This document shows positions 26,900 to 36,125 of a stretch of 39,680 nt of DNA, piece after piece. The notes below the pieces were generated by a model, which did no database searches, was not told the origin of the DNA, and worked only from the letters and a program-made list of their open reading frames with translations. Numbering within the stretch: the first letter of the stretch is position 1; every line of letters starts with the position of its first letter. The DNA comes from an uncultured archaeon (GTDB lineage: Archaea; Asgardarchaeota; Thorarchaeia; Thorarchaeales; Thorarchaeaceae). Location of the stretch: positions 1-39,680 of the forward strand of contig CAZPWM010000023.1 of the NCBI GenBank assembly GCA_964590575.1. The letters are read 5' to 3'. The position numbers and the translations under genes are program-made.

Positions 26900-27431
26900 T
26901 CAAACATCTGGAGGAGTGAACATGGCTCGGTTTACTTTTGAGTTCGTTGAGAAGAAAGTGAGAAAGAAGTCCTTTGGAGTGTTGACCACAATCGACTCTA
27001 AAGAGAGACCCCATAGTACTGGGATTATCTATGTAGTTGGGCCTCCAGAGAAGCCATTTGCCCTGTATAGTATTGTTGGAGCAAACTATGCAAAGGTCCG
27101 GAACATCAAGAGGAACCCCAATGTGTCTCTTGTCGTGACTTTCCCACATTACTGGATCAGATTTGCACCTGCTAGCTATGTCATGTTCCGAGGAACTGCA
27201 GAAATACTTCCGGCCAGTGATGTAGATGGTCGTTGGGCGATGAGTCAAACACGAATTGGGCGAATGAATCTACAGACTGAAGCTGAATCAATAGGAACTG
27301 AAATCGTCTACATCAAGATGACTCCTGAACCAACTGTATTCTGTTTTGGAGTTGGCTATGGTCTAATGGAACTAAGGGGTCATATTGAAAGTGCAATGTA
27401 CAAAGTGACCGTTCCTGAAAACCGGAGGTAG
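26892..27431 (+). CDS. pyridoxamine-5'-phosphate oxidase-like (split-barrel flavin/F420-binding) protein
   Basis: GVLTTIDSKERPHS...K.RNIKRNPNVSL...RGTAEI. Start may be the ATG at 26922, after GGAGGAGTG. Confidence 0.8.
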   Translation: MNSQTSGGVNMARFTFEFVEKKVRKKSFGVLTTIDSKERPHSTGIIYVVGPPEKPFALYSIVGANYAKVRNIKRNPNVSLVVTFPHYWIRFAPASYVMFRGTAEILPASDVDGRWAMSQTRIGRMNLQTEAESIGTEIVYIKMTPEPTVFCFGVGYGLMELRGHIESAMYKVTVPENRR

Positions 27432-27435
27432 ACAA

Positions 27436-28428
27436 TCATCCCAAGTATCGCTTCAGCACTCGCGCTGCTCTGAGTGTAATCCACTTTGATGGTTTATTCT
27501 TCTCATCAATCTCGCATAGCATCTTTCCATTGAATGTGTTCTTGAGAAGCCATTTGCCATCTACTTGGCTACCAATGAGAAGATCAATAGAATCTTGCAT
27601 TCTCTTATCCTTAATTCCAAGTTCGGTCAAGATATCTAAGACCTCAAGAGCGTCAGATTGATAGAAGAGCGGAAACCCAAACCTCTTCCATCCTGCCTTG
27701 TCCTTCCTGCTGCCATCTGGATTTCGAAGATATCGATAAATCTCGTTGGAAAGTATGATCTCAACCTCTTGCTTAATGATTCGATTGAGATTCCTTGACT
27801 TCTGAGCTTTTGGAATCCTAGACAAAGCTCTGAGCATCTTCACACCTCCCATGTAACAGTTCTCCGGATATACTGCGTTCCTATCTATGGGATATGCCCG
27901 ACAATTCCACCCTCCGACATCATCAGAGTGGTAATCGACCTGAAAATCAATGAGCTTCTGAGTTCTGTCATCGTTTAGATACCCAAAATGAATGAGATAA
28001 TACAGAATGTTCCCATCTAGGCAACATGCATCTTTGACAATGCTTGCTTTTCCTTTCTCTGTCTTTGGCAATTCTATCAGAAAGTGTCCTGAGTTTCTTT
28101 GAAACATGAAAAGATGTTCAATACCCTTCTCAATCTTCGGTGTTCTCTTCGCTCCGAGTTCTGCAAGAATGAGTAGCGTATGAGTTGTCGTCACATACTT
28201 AGGCTCATACATGTTCTCATAGTGTCCCCAATGCCCTTCAGCCTTCTGTGCTTTAAGAATCGCTTTTACACAAGGTGTGGCCATCACAACATCCTGAGTT
28301 TCCTTTACTTCCTGATCATTTATCGATCTATCTTCTAGTTGCTGCAGAGCCCAGAATCGGATGCTTGGATTCTCCGGTCCAAGCAACCAATCTATTGTCT
28401 TCTGGCTGACAATCTCCTTCCAACGCAT
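27436..28428 (-). CDS. prenyltransferase/squalene-cyclase-repeat (alpha/alpha barrel) protein of unknown function
   Basis: QW-like repeats QKAEGHW, QRNSGHF, DVGGWNC, QVDGKW; FGFPLFYQSD.L; PSKWITLRA. Confidence 0.75.
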   Translation of the reverse strand: MRWKEIVSQKTIDWLLGPENPSIRFWALQQLEDRSINDQEVKETQDVVMATPCVKAILKAQKAEGHWGHYENMYEPKYVTTTHTLLILAELGAKRTPKIEKGIEHLFMFQRNSGHFLIELPKTEKGKASIVKDACCLDGNILYYLIHFGYLNDDRTQKLIDFQVDYHSDDVGGWNCRAYPIDRNAVYPENCYMGGVKMLRALSRIPKAQKSRNLNRIIKQEVEIILSNEIYRYLRNPDGSRKDKAGWKRFGFPLFYQSDALEVLDILTELGIKDKRMQDSIDLLIGSQVDGKWLLKNTFNGKMLCEIDEKNKPSKWITLRAARVLKRYLG

Positions 28429-28588
28429 ATTTTGTCATTCTCACAATTTTGTAATAAAAGCTAGCTACACCACTCCTTCATTCTACCCAAAAAGATTAAT
28501 CCTCCAAGCTCGCCCTCGACCTATCACTCTGGGAGTTGTTTGAAAACTGCAGGACATATTCTATGAATTCGTTGAGTATCTTAGGAGT

Positions 28589-29452
28589 TTGCTCTCCCCT
28601 TGGGGCTTAGGAGATTACGCTGGTTTCATAGCTCTTATACCATTCATCATGTTTCTCTATTTTGTTTACCTGATAGTGATCCGCTCAATCAGAGTGTCTT
28701 TCAAGAAGGTTGGAATGCCCAGAGAGGCAACAGGAGGTACAATCTTTGGAGTACGACTGTTCTTCTTTTCAGTCGCTCTTCTGATTCTTCTCTCTGCAAT
28801 CGGCGAATCCATATCACAGTATGTGGTTGCAGGGGGTGCACTCATTGGTACAGCTATTGGTCTTGCATTCTCTAGAGCTCTCTCTAACATCGTCAGCGGT
28901 CTCTATATCTTGGTAGCGCGACCCTTCCGTGTTGGTGACTATATCCGACTGGGTGATACCGAAGGAATAGTTCTTGAAATTACTCTCAACTACACACGAG
29001 TTCTGCGAACAGACCATACAAGACAGTTTGTACCAAACTCAACAACAATCGATTCAAGGCTAACGAATTTTCGGATTAGAATTGATGACTATTTTGACGA
29101 ACGTGGCATGAGCTACCATCGAGAAATCTTTGACCCTGATGATGCTGAGGACTCAAGGTTTCAGAATGCGGTAGAGAAGTTAAAGTTCCTCACAAGGGGC
29201 GATGAGGTATATCGGTACACTTTTGATGTTGAGGTAGAACGAACATGTTCTCAACCAAAGATACAGGAGTTCTTTAATTCGCTCTGTATCAAATGGAGTG
29301 AGTCTTTTATTCTACCTCCAGAGTATTTCTTTTGGTCAAGCAGCGCTATAACTATGACCTATCGGTTTGCATTCATTGTGACAGACCCAAAGGATATTTT
29401 TGTTGAAGGACAGAATTTCCGAGCTGAGGCAGCTAGATTCCCTGAGATGTGA
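28589..29452 (+). CDS. mscS: small-conductance mechanosensitive channel (MscS family)
   Basis: Three TMs, IGLAF...LSNIVSGLYIL..RPFRVGDYI, EG.V.EI.L.YT, VPNS. Confidence 0.85.
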   Translation: MLSPWGLGDYAGFIALIPFIMFLYFVYLIVIRSIRVSFKKVGMPREATGGTIFGVRLFFFSVALLILLSAIGESISQYVVAGGALIGTAIGLAFSRALSNIVSGLYILVARPFRVGDYIRLGDTEGIVLEITLNYTRVLRTDHTRQFVPNSTTIDSRLTNFRIRIDDYFDERGMSYHREIFDPDDAEDSRFQNAVEKLKFLTRGDEVYRYTFDVEVERTCSQPKIQEFFNSLCIKWSESFILPPEYFFWSSSAITMTYRFAFIVTDPKDIFVEGQNFRAEAARFPEM

Positions 29453-29454
29453 CG

Positions 29455-30498
29455 TCAGTCTTTCCAAGGAATGATGTCTTTCCCTCGTCCCTCTAGTATC
29501 TTCTGAACGAAGTATGGATCAGCCAACAGACCTCTCCCAATACCCAACATGTCACACATGTCGTCTTCCATGACTTTCTTCACGAGTTTTTCGTCACGAA
29601 TCTCTCCAACTCCAATTACTGGTACATTCACGCGAGGTTTGATTTTTCCAGCAATAGGAATACAGGAATCAAATGGATAGTCTTTGAGAAAATCAGGCTG
29701 AGAATCTTTATCAAAAATATGAGGAATCCCTGGATTGAAAGTAGCATCAACAACACAGGATATATGAAGCACATCAATACCAGCTCGTTCCACAAGCTTG
29801 GCAATCTCAATTCCTTCATCCATTGAGATACCGTCAACTACATTCTCGAATCCATTCATTCTGAAGATTATTGGATAGTCCCCTAACTCTTCTCGTATTC
29901 TCTTTATGACTTCTACAGAGAGTCTTGCCTTATTCTCAGTCGATCCTCCGTACTCATCATCCCGTCGATTAGTGTATGATGACAGGAATGCACTCAGTAG
30001 ATAGTAATGCGCACCATGAACCTCAACACCATCAAATCCTGCTTCTTGGCATCTCCGGGCTGCATCCACAAACCACTGCTTGACTTCCTCGATATCATCG
30101 ATAGTGAGGGGTTCTGGAATTTTACCCTTCATAACTGGCACAGTAGATGGTCCCGCGAATTTTGTCTTGCCATGACCTTTTGGTCCTGAATGATTGATTT
30201 GGATGAACGCTTTTGCGCCATGTTTTTTGATTCCATTTGCGAGTTTCCTGAGTCCAGGAATTAGCTTATCATCATAGACTCCGATGTTCTTCGACATAAT
30301 ACGATGTTCCCATGTGATTGCCGTGGCCTCCACTATGATGAGCCCAACTTGTCCCTTGCTGCATTCCTCATAATGCTGAACAACCTCGTTTGTGACATAA
30401 CCCACCTCAGTAGCAAGATTACGTACCATTGGGGGCATGACGAATCGATTCTTGACTTTAAGACCTGCAAACTCAATTGGTTCTGAAAAATCAACCAA
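29455..30498 (-). CDS. NADH:flavin oxidoreductase (Old Yellow Enzyme family)
   Basis: KNRFVMPPM, GLIIVEAT, IQINHSG, AGFDGVEVHGAHYYLL..FLS..TNRR.DEYGGS.EN, GRGLLADP. Confidence 0.95.
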   Translation of the reverse strand: MVDFSEPIEFAGLKVKNRFVMPPMVRNLATEVGYVTNEVVQHYEECSKGQVGLIIVEATAITWEHRIMSKNIGVYDDKLIPGLRKLANGIKKHGAKAFIQINHSGPKGHGKTKFAGPSTVPVMKGKIPEPLTIDDIEEVKQWFVDAARRCQEAGFDGVEVHGAHYYLLSAFLSSYTNRRDDEYGGSTENKARLSVEVIKRIREELGDYPIIFRMNGFENVVDGISMDEGIEIAKLVERAGIDVLHISCVVDATFNPGIPHIFDKDSQPDFLKDYPFDSCIPIAGKIKPRVNVPVIGVGEIRDEKLVKKVMEDDMCDMLGIGRGLLADPYFVQKILEGRGKDIIPWKD

Positions 30499-30515
30499 TG
30501 CATATCACCTTTGAA

Positions 30516-31829
30516 CTAGAAGTCTGCGCCAGTCTTTCCCGAGCCCCATGATTCCATTGCAGCTTTCAGTTCTTCATGTCCTTCCTCTTTGGAATATTTA
30601 CTCACAGGGATACCCTGCATCTTCGCATCAAATGCCTGTCGGAATGCTATAGCTCCCGCACGTGGGCCCATAGGATGAGCATGAATTCCAGCTCCAGTGC
30701 CAATCACAATATCTAAGCCTAGATCATCAACGACTTCCTCAACATGTCCTGGACTGATTCCACCACTGGGCATTGGTGCGGTCTGCTCGATATTATGCAA
30801 AGGCATAATCATATCGTGTGCGATATTAAGAAAACGCTCCTTGAGAATCGGAGCCTTTCCATAGGGTGCGGGAAATACTGTGATATCTGAACCACAGATT
30901 CTGGGCAGTTTTCCAGTCACAATGTTCGATGATATGCCTACTATTGGCGAGTAGGATAACGCTCCTGTGACGTCCATGTGTGCTAGTAGAGGCACTTTTG
31001 GTGCTAGATTTTCACTGACATGACGGAATGCCGAATAACCAACTGCAAGAAAGTTGATCATCAGTCCATTTGCGCCCAGTTCGATGGCTCTCTCTGCATT
31101 CTCGAATATCCTTGGCAGACGATCGGTGATGTTGACTGTATAGATAGTCTTCTCACCTTTCTCTGAGTCTGCACGATCAAGTGCCTCCATGAACCTTGGA
31201 ATTCTATCTTCAAGGGTATTGAAATCAGGGTTTGCTAGCAACTCATCATCCTTGATAATGTCTGCTCCTCCAGAAGCCGCTTCATAGGCAAGATCTGCTC
31301 CCATCTGGCAAGAGGTATAGACACACGGTTTGACCATGTTGTTCAGGATAGGTCTCTTCTTTATCTTCAACAACTTTCGGAGACCCTTGATACCAAATTT
31401 TGGTCCCTTGAATCCCTTAAGCCAGCTCTTTGGGAATTTCATGTCAAGACACTTGATTCTCCCATAGAGTGAGATGTTCCCTATGACTGTACTAAGTAGC
31501 ATCGGGATTTGTTGCCCAAAGTTCTCCCAAGGATAGGCGACCTGCATGATGTATTCTCTTCTCTCAAGGTCCTTGGGATAACTATACTCATGTTGAGGCA
31601 CTTCATAGACCCCAATAACTTTAGCAACGTGTTTCCTTCGAATTTCTGGTGTTTCTCCTGGGACTAGAGTCCAGGTGCCAGTGCTCTGTTCAATAGCTGC
31701 AGCATGTGCCATCTCCCTCGCGTCCATGAACGGCGGGAGTCCAACATAATAGGTACAGATGACATACTTGTCCTCATCAATTGCATCGGGTAATGCATCA
31801 GGTAATGCATCGAGTGGAAGCTTTTCCAT
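30516..31829 (-). CDS. RuBisCO-like protein (form IV RLP)
   Basis: EQSTGTW, GPKFG..G.R, GADIIKDDE, YTVNIT, PSGG, G.GIHAHP. KPC replaces KPK and HM replaces HR, which argues against a true carboxylase. Confidence 0.9.
   Translation of the reverse strand: MEKLPLDALPDALPDAIDEDKYVICTYYVGLPPFMDAREMAHAAAIEQSTGTWTLVPGETPEIRRKHVAKVIGVYEVPQHEYSYPKDLERREYIMQVAYPWENFGQQIPMLLSTVIGNISLYGRIKCLDMKFPKSWLKGFKGPKFGIKGLRKLLKIKKRPILNNMVKPCVYTSCQMGADLAYEAASGGADIIKDDELLANPDFNTLEDRIPRFMEALDRADSEKGEKTIYTVNITDRLPRIFENAERAIELGANGLMINFLAVGYSAFRHVSENLAPKVPLLAHMDVTGALSYSPIVGISSNIVTGKLPRICGSDITVFPAPYGKAPILKERFLNIAHDMIMPLHNIEQTAPMPSGGISPGHVEEVVDDLGLDIVIGTGAGIHAHPMGPRAGAIAFRQAFDAKMQGIPVSKYSKEEGHEELKAAMESWGSGKTGADF
31782..31812 (-). 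repeat. short 12-bp tandem repeat encoding DALP-DALP-DA at the RLP N-terminus
   Basis: tgcatcgggtaa tgcatcaggtaa tgcatcg. Confidence 0.6.
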
Positions 31830-32005
31830 AACAATCAACCACACTATTCAGTGCATACCCGTCTTATGTTCTTTTGGAGAGAACACGTGTTTGGTTAGTC
31901 TAGAATTATTGTCTACAGAAGACCTTAGTTTTGCCAAAGAGCGAGTTTTATCAGGGTGTAAAACACATTGTGGCACGTTCGACAATTGACAAGGCGGGTG
32001 ATAAT

Positions 32006-33607
32006 TTGATTCCAATATCTGATATCGCAAAAAAAGCCGGTATTGATGAGAAGTATCTGGAACATTATGGGAATTATATGGCCAAAATCGACCTGAAAAT
32101 TAGGAAGGTTCTTGGAGAACGCAAAGGAAAACTCATACTCGTCACCGCTACAAATCCCACTCCTGCTGGTGAGGGCAAGACGACCAACTCAATAGGTCTC
32201 TCAATGGCACTGAATGCTTTGGGTCACAATGCAGTGGTCGCACTGAGACAACCTTCGCTAGGTCCCGTCTTTGGTATAAAGGGTGGAGCTGCAGGAGGAG
32301 GCAAGTCCACTGTTGAGCCATTTGAACAAGTCAACTTGATGTTTACTGGGGACTTTCCTGCTGTTTCTGCTGCTGGTAACTTGCTTTCAGCAATGATTGA
32401 TAATTACATCCATCATGATAATCAACCTGAAATTGATGTTAGGAGGACCTACTGGCCTCGTAACCTGGATATGAACGACCGTGCCTTACGTAAGGTCATT
32501 ATTGGATTGGGTGGCCGATTCGATGGATTTCCCCGTGAGGACACTTTTGTAATAACCTCCGCCTCAGAGGTAATGGCTATTCTTGGACTTTCGAAAGACT
32601 ATATTGACCTGAAAGAAAGATTAGGCAACATTCTCATTGCCCGTTCTGAACAGCTGAAGGAGATGTTTGCAAGGGATGTCAAAGCTGAGGGAGCAATGGC
32701 TGTAATTTTGAGAGATGCGCTCAAACCAAATCTTGTACAGACACAAGAGGGAACTCCCGCAATAATCCACACTGGGCCTTTTGCGAACATAGCCCATGGC
32801 ACAAGCTCGATTATTGGAACTGATATCGCTCTTCGTATGTTTGACTATGTGGTTATCGAAGCTGGATTTGGTGCTGACCTTGGTGCAGAGAAGTTCTTCA
32901 ACATAGTCACCAGAGCAGGTGACTTCGATGTAGACGCATGTGTTGTAATCACTACTATCCGGGCTCTCAAATATCATGGATTTGACAATCTCGAAGAGGG
33001 CTTTCCTAACTTGGAGAAACATATGGAGAATATCAATAACTTTGGAACTCCTGCAGTCGTCGCTCTCAACCGTTTTCCAGATGACACGGATGAAGAAATA
33101 GACCAACTTCGAAAGTTCTGTGAAAAGAAAGGTTGGAAGATGGAGGTTTCAGAGGTCTTTACAAAGGGTGGTGAAGGTGGAAAAGATCTTGCTCAAGCTG
33201 TACTTGAAACAATCGCTTCGAATCCTACTAAAGGAATCAATTACACTTACGACCTGGAAGACCCAATCAAGACAAAGATATTGAAAGTGGCTCAGAAAAT
33301 CTATGGTGCCAATGATGTCCTTTATACAACTGGGGCTAAAGGAAGAATCAGATCTCTTGAGAAACGAGAATATGGAAATATGCCAATATGTATCGCAAAG
33401 ACCCAATTCAGCCTGTCAGATTCTAAGAGTCTCCGAGGAAGACCAAAGGGTTTCGATGTAGAAGTTAATGGTGCAGATGTCAGCAACGGTGCTGGATTCA
33501 TTGTTATCTATATGGGCGACATCAGTCTTATGCCTGGCCTCCCTGAAGAGCCATCTGCGCATGGAATGGACATTGATGCTGAGGGCAATATTAGTGGAGT
33601 ATTCTAA
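32006..33607 (+). CDS. fhs: formate--tetrahydrofolate ligase
   Basis: PTPAGEGKTT, LRQPSLGP.FG.KGGAAGGG, KPNLVQT.EG.P, GPFANIAHG, EAGFGADLG.EKF, CIAKTQ.S, MPGLP. Preferred start is the TTG at 32006 after GGGTGA (ORF track gives 31931). Confidence 0.97.
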   Translation: MIPISDIAKKAGIDEKYLEHYGNYMAKIDLKIRKVLGERKGKLILVTATNPTPAGEGKTTNSIGLSMALNALGHNAVVALRQPSLGPVFGIKGGAAGGGKSTVEPFEQVNLMFTGDFPAVSAAGNLLSAMIDNYIHHDNQPEIDVRRTYWPRNLDMNDRALRKVIIGLGGRFDGFPREDTFVITSASEVMAILGLSKDYIDLKERLGNILIARSEQLKEMFARDVKAEGAMAVILRDALKPNLVQTQEGTPAIIHTGPFANIAHGTSSIIGTDIALRMFDYVVIEAGFGADLGAEKFFNIVTRAGDFDVDACVVITTIRALKYHGFDNLEEGFPNLEKHMENINNFGTPAVVALNRFPDDTDEEIDQLRKFCEKKGWKMEVSEVFTKGGEGGKDLAQAVLETIASNPTKGINYTYDLEDPIKTKILKVAQKIYGANDVLYTTGAKGRIRSLEKREYGNMPICIAKTQFSLSDSKSLRGRPKGFDVEVNGADVSNGAGFIVIYMGDISLMPGLPEEPSAHGMDIDAEGNISGVF

Positions 33608-33618
33608 GGGGTGAATTG

Positions 33619-34503
33619 ATGTCGGATGATGAATTAAAACCAATCTGTGAAGATCATGAGATTAAAGGTCGGCGTCTTTCAAACCGATTACGAAATGAAG
33701 TAGAGGCTGAGGTTGCTGAGCTTGTTGCAAAATATGGTGTTTCTCCTAAACTTGTCACTGTAATCGTCGGTGAGGATCCTGGGTCACAGATGTACATACG
33801 GATGAAGCATAAGGCATCAAACAAGGCTGGTATTCTATCCGATCATTACGACCTTCCTGAAACCACGACTCAAGAAGAATTACTGAAGCTAATACACAAA
33901 CTCAATGAAGAAAGAACCGTGCATGGAATTCTTGTGCAGTTACCTCTCCCAAAGCAGATTGATGAGAAGACAATTATCAGGGCGATTGATCCCCTGAAAG
34001 ATGTTGATGGATTTTCTCCTGCTAATGTATACCGCCTCTTCTATGGAGAGGAGGACTTGAGTGCAGCAACACCCCATGGAATAGTCACAATATTAGACCG
34101 TATTGGATGGAATGACCTATCTGGGAAACAAGCAGTTATTATCAACCGCTCCAACATTGTAGGAAAACCACTCATCATGCTTCTTCTCAATCGCAATGCC
34201 ACAGTTACAGTCTGCCACTCACGTACGAAGGATTTGTCATCCTTCACAAGTCAAGCTGATGTTCTGATTTCAGCTATTGGTAGAAGAAATACAGAGGAAG
34301 ACCCGTTCTTCATCACCGAAGACATGGTCAAAGAAGGTTCTGTCGTTATAGATGTTGCCACACCTCATGGTGACGTGGACTTTGAGAATGTTAGGAGGAA
34401 GGCACTGTGTGTCACCCCTGTGCCTGGCGGCGTGGGTCCAATGACCATTGCTATGCTTCTAGAGAATGTACTAGCAGCCTATAGGGTCCAGATTCAACAA
34501 TGA
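33619..34503 (+). CDS. folD: bifunctional methylene-THF dehydrogenase/methenyl-THF cyclohydrolase
   Basis: YxxxK (YIRMK), GILVQLPLP, KDVDG, RSNIVGKP, ATVTVCHS, GDVDF, TPVPGGVGPMT. Confidence 0.97.
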   Translation: MSDDELKPICEDHEIKGRRLSNRLRNEVEAEVAELVAKYGVSPKLVTVIVGEDPGSQMYIRMKHKASNKAGILSDHYDLPETTTQEELLKLIHKLNEERTVHGILVQLPLPKQIDEKTIIRAIDPLKDVDGFSPANVYRLFYGEEDLSAATPHGIVTILDRIGWNDLSGKQAVIINRSNIVGKPLIMLLLNRNATVTVCHSRTKDLSSFTSQADVLISAIGRRNTEEDPFFITEDMVKEGSVVIDVATPHGDVDFENVRRKALCVTPVPGGVGPMTIAMLLENVLAAYRVQIQQ

Positions 34504-34552
34504 GAGGATGTTCCCAAACGCTTTTGTAGACTGATGTCCCGAGCGGGCAACG

Positions 34553-36124
34553 GTGAATCTTGTGAAGGTAGTTGAATGCGTCCCTAACTTTTCAGAAGGG
34601 CGAAACAAGAAAACCATAGACGCTTTGTCTGAGGTTATCAAGAGCGTTGAGGGGGTCCGACTTCTGGACGTAGAATTCGACCCTGACCATAATCGTTCGG
34701 TCTTCACCTTCATTGGTGAGCCTCAACAGGTAAAGAAAGCCGCATTAAAGGCTGCAGAACTTGCTGTTGAGAAGATTGACATGACCATACATGAGGGAGC
34801 TCACCCAAGGATGGGTGCGGTTGATGTTGTACCCTTCATTCCACTTCATGGCGTAACAATTGGGGAATGTATCGAGCTCTCAAAGGAATTTGCTGAGGAG
34901 TTTTCCAAGAAGTGTAATGTACCTATCTTTCTTTACTCAAAGTCAGCAACACGCAGAGATAGAGTCGATTTACCAAACATTCGAGAGGGTGAATTCGAAG
35001 GACTAAGAGAGGAAATTGGCTCAAATCCTGAGAAAAAGCCTGATTATGGACCAAACAAAATACATCCAACAGCTGGTGCAACAGCCACCGGAGCTCGTAA
35101 TTTCTTGATTGCAATTAACTTCAATCTAAGTACAACTAATCTTGAGGTCGCAAAGGTCTGTGCGGATGCAGTGCGTGGGACAACTGGCGGCTTTGTTAAC
35201 GTTCAAGGAATTGGTTTGGACCTACCTGCTAAGAACTGTGTTCAGGTATCTCTGAACTTGACCCATCCTAGACGCACTAAGATTCACCAAGTGCTTGAGG
35301 TTGTGCGAAACGAGGCACGCAGGTTCGGAGCGACTGTCATTGAAACTGAGATTGTTGGAATGGTGCCCCTCTTTGCACTTCTGGATGCTCTTAGATATTA
35401 TATTCAGCCCGAGAAATTAGATGAATCTATGATTCTTGATCTTTACTACCTTGGTGGTGGTGTTGATCCCACAGAGAAGACGTTCACTGAGATGTCAATG
35501 ATAGAATTCGGAAATGAGGTTCGCAAAGCTCGCGCTACTCCGGGCGGTGGTAGTGTTGCTGCTGCTCTCGGTTCATTTGGAGCTGGTTTGGTTTGCATGG
35601 TCACCGGTCTCTCACTGTCTGGACGAAAATTCGCTGGAATCAAGGACGAAATGATTGAACATCGACATGCATGTGATTACGATCGAGGTGTCTTGATGGA
35701 CTTAATCGAAAAGGACTCCAAAGCTTTCGATGTTGTAATGGATGTTATGAGATCTCCAGCAGAAACCACCGCTGAAAAGAAGAAGAAGGATGCTTCTATT
35801 GAGAAGGCAACAATTGAGGCTGCCAAAGTACCGTTGACAACAATGCAACACTCATTCAATGCATTAACTCATGCCCGAGTGGCAGCTGAGAAGGGCAACA
35901 TAAACTCAATCACAGATGCTGGTGTTGCTGCTCATGCACTCATGGCGTCTATTGAAGGGGCCGCTCTGAATGTGAGAATCAATCTCGGAAACATTAAGGA
36001 CAAATCATTTGTCGATAAGACTGCAAAAGAAGTAGAGAAACTCCTTTCAGATGGGGCCAAGCTGAAGGCTGAAGTTCTTGAGATTGTTGAAGCTCGTATG
36101 AAGGAACTCGCTGGAAGCAGCTAG
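34553..36124 (+). CDS. ftcD: fused glutamate formimidoyltransferase / formimidoyl-THF cyclodeaminase
   Basis: VECVPNFSEGR, DPDHNRSV, HPRMGAVDVVPF, PDYGP, GAR; cyclodeaminase half TPGGGSVAA...GA.LNV.INL. Confidence 0.95.
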   Translation: MNLVKVVECVPNFSEGRNKKTIDALSEVIKSVEGVRLLDVEFDPDHNRSVFTFIGEPQQVKKAALKAAELAVEKIDMTIHEGAHPRMGAVDVVPFIPLHGVTIGECIELSKEFAEEFSKKCNVPIFLYSKSATRRDRVDLPNIREGEFEGLREEIGSNPEKKPDYGPNKIHPTAGATATGARNFLIAINFNLSTTNLEVAKVCADAVRGTTGGFVNVQGIGLDLPAKNCVQVSLNLTHPRRTKIHQVLEVVRNEARRFGATVIETEIVGMVPLFALLDALRYYIQPEKLDESMILDLYYLGGGVDPTEKTFTEMSMIEFGNEVRKARATPGGGSVAAALGSFGAGLVCMVTGLSLSGRKFAGIKDEMIEHRHACDYDRGVLMDLIEKDSKAFDVVMDVMRSPAETTAEKKKKDASIEKATIEAAKVPLTTMQHSFNALTHARVAAEKGNINSITDAGVAAHALMASIEGAALNVRINLGNIKDKSFVDKTAKEVEKLLSDGAKLKAEVLEIVEARMKELAGSS

Positions 36125-36125
36125 T

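Noticed and set aside
30516-31829. Bona fide CO2-fixing RuBisCO (form III)
   Set aside because: The second Lys of KPK and the Arg of HR are substituted, consistent with a form IV RLP.
31845-32005. ZTP or THF riboswitch upstream of fhs
   Set aside because: I could not find the consensus elements by eye; retained only as a weak generic hairpin.
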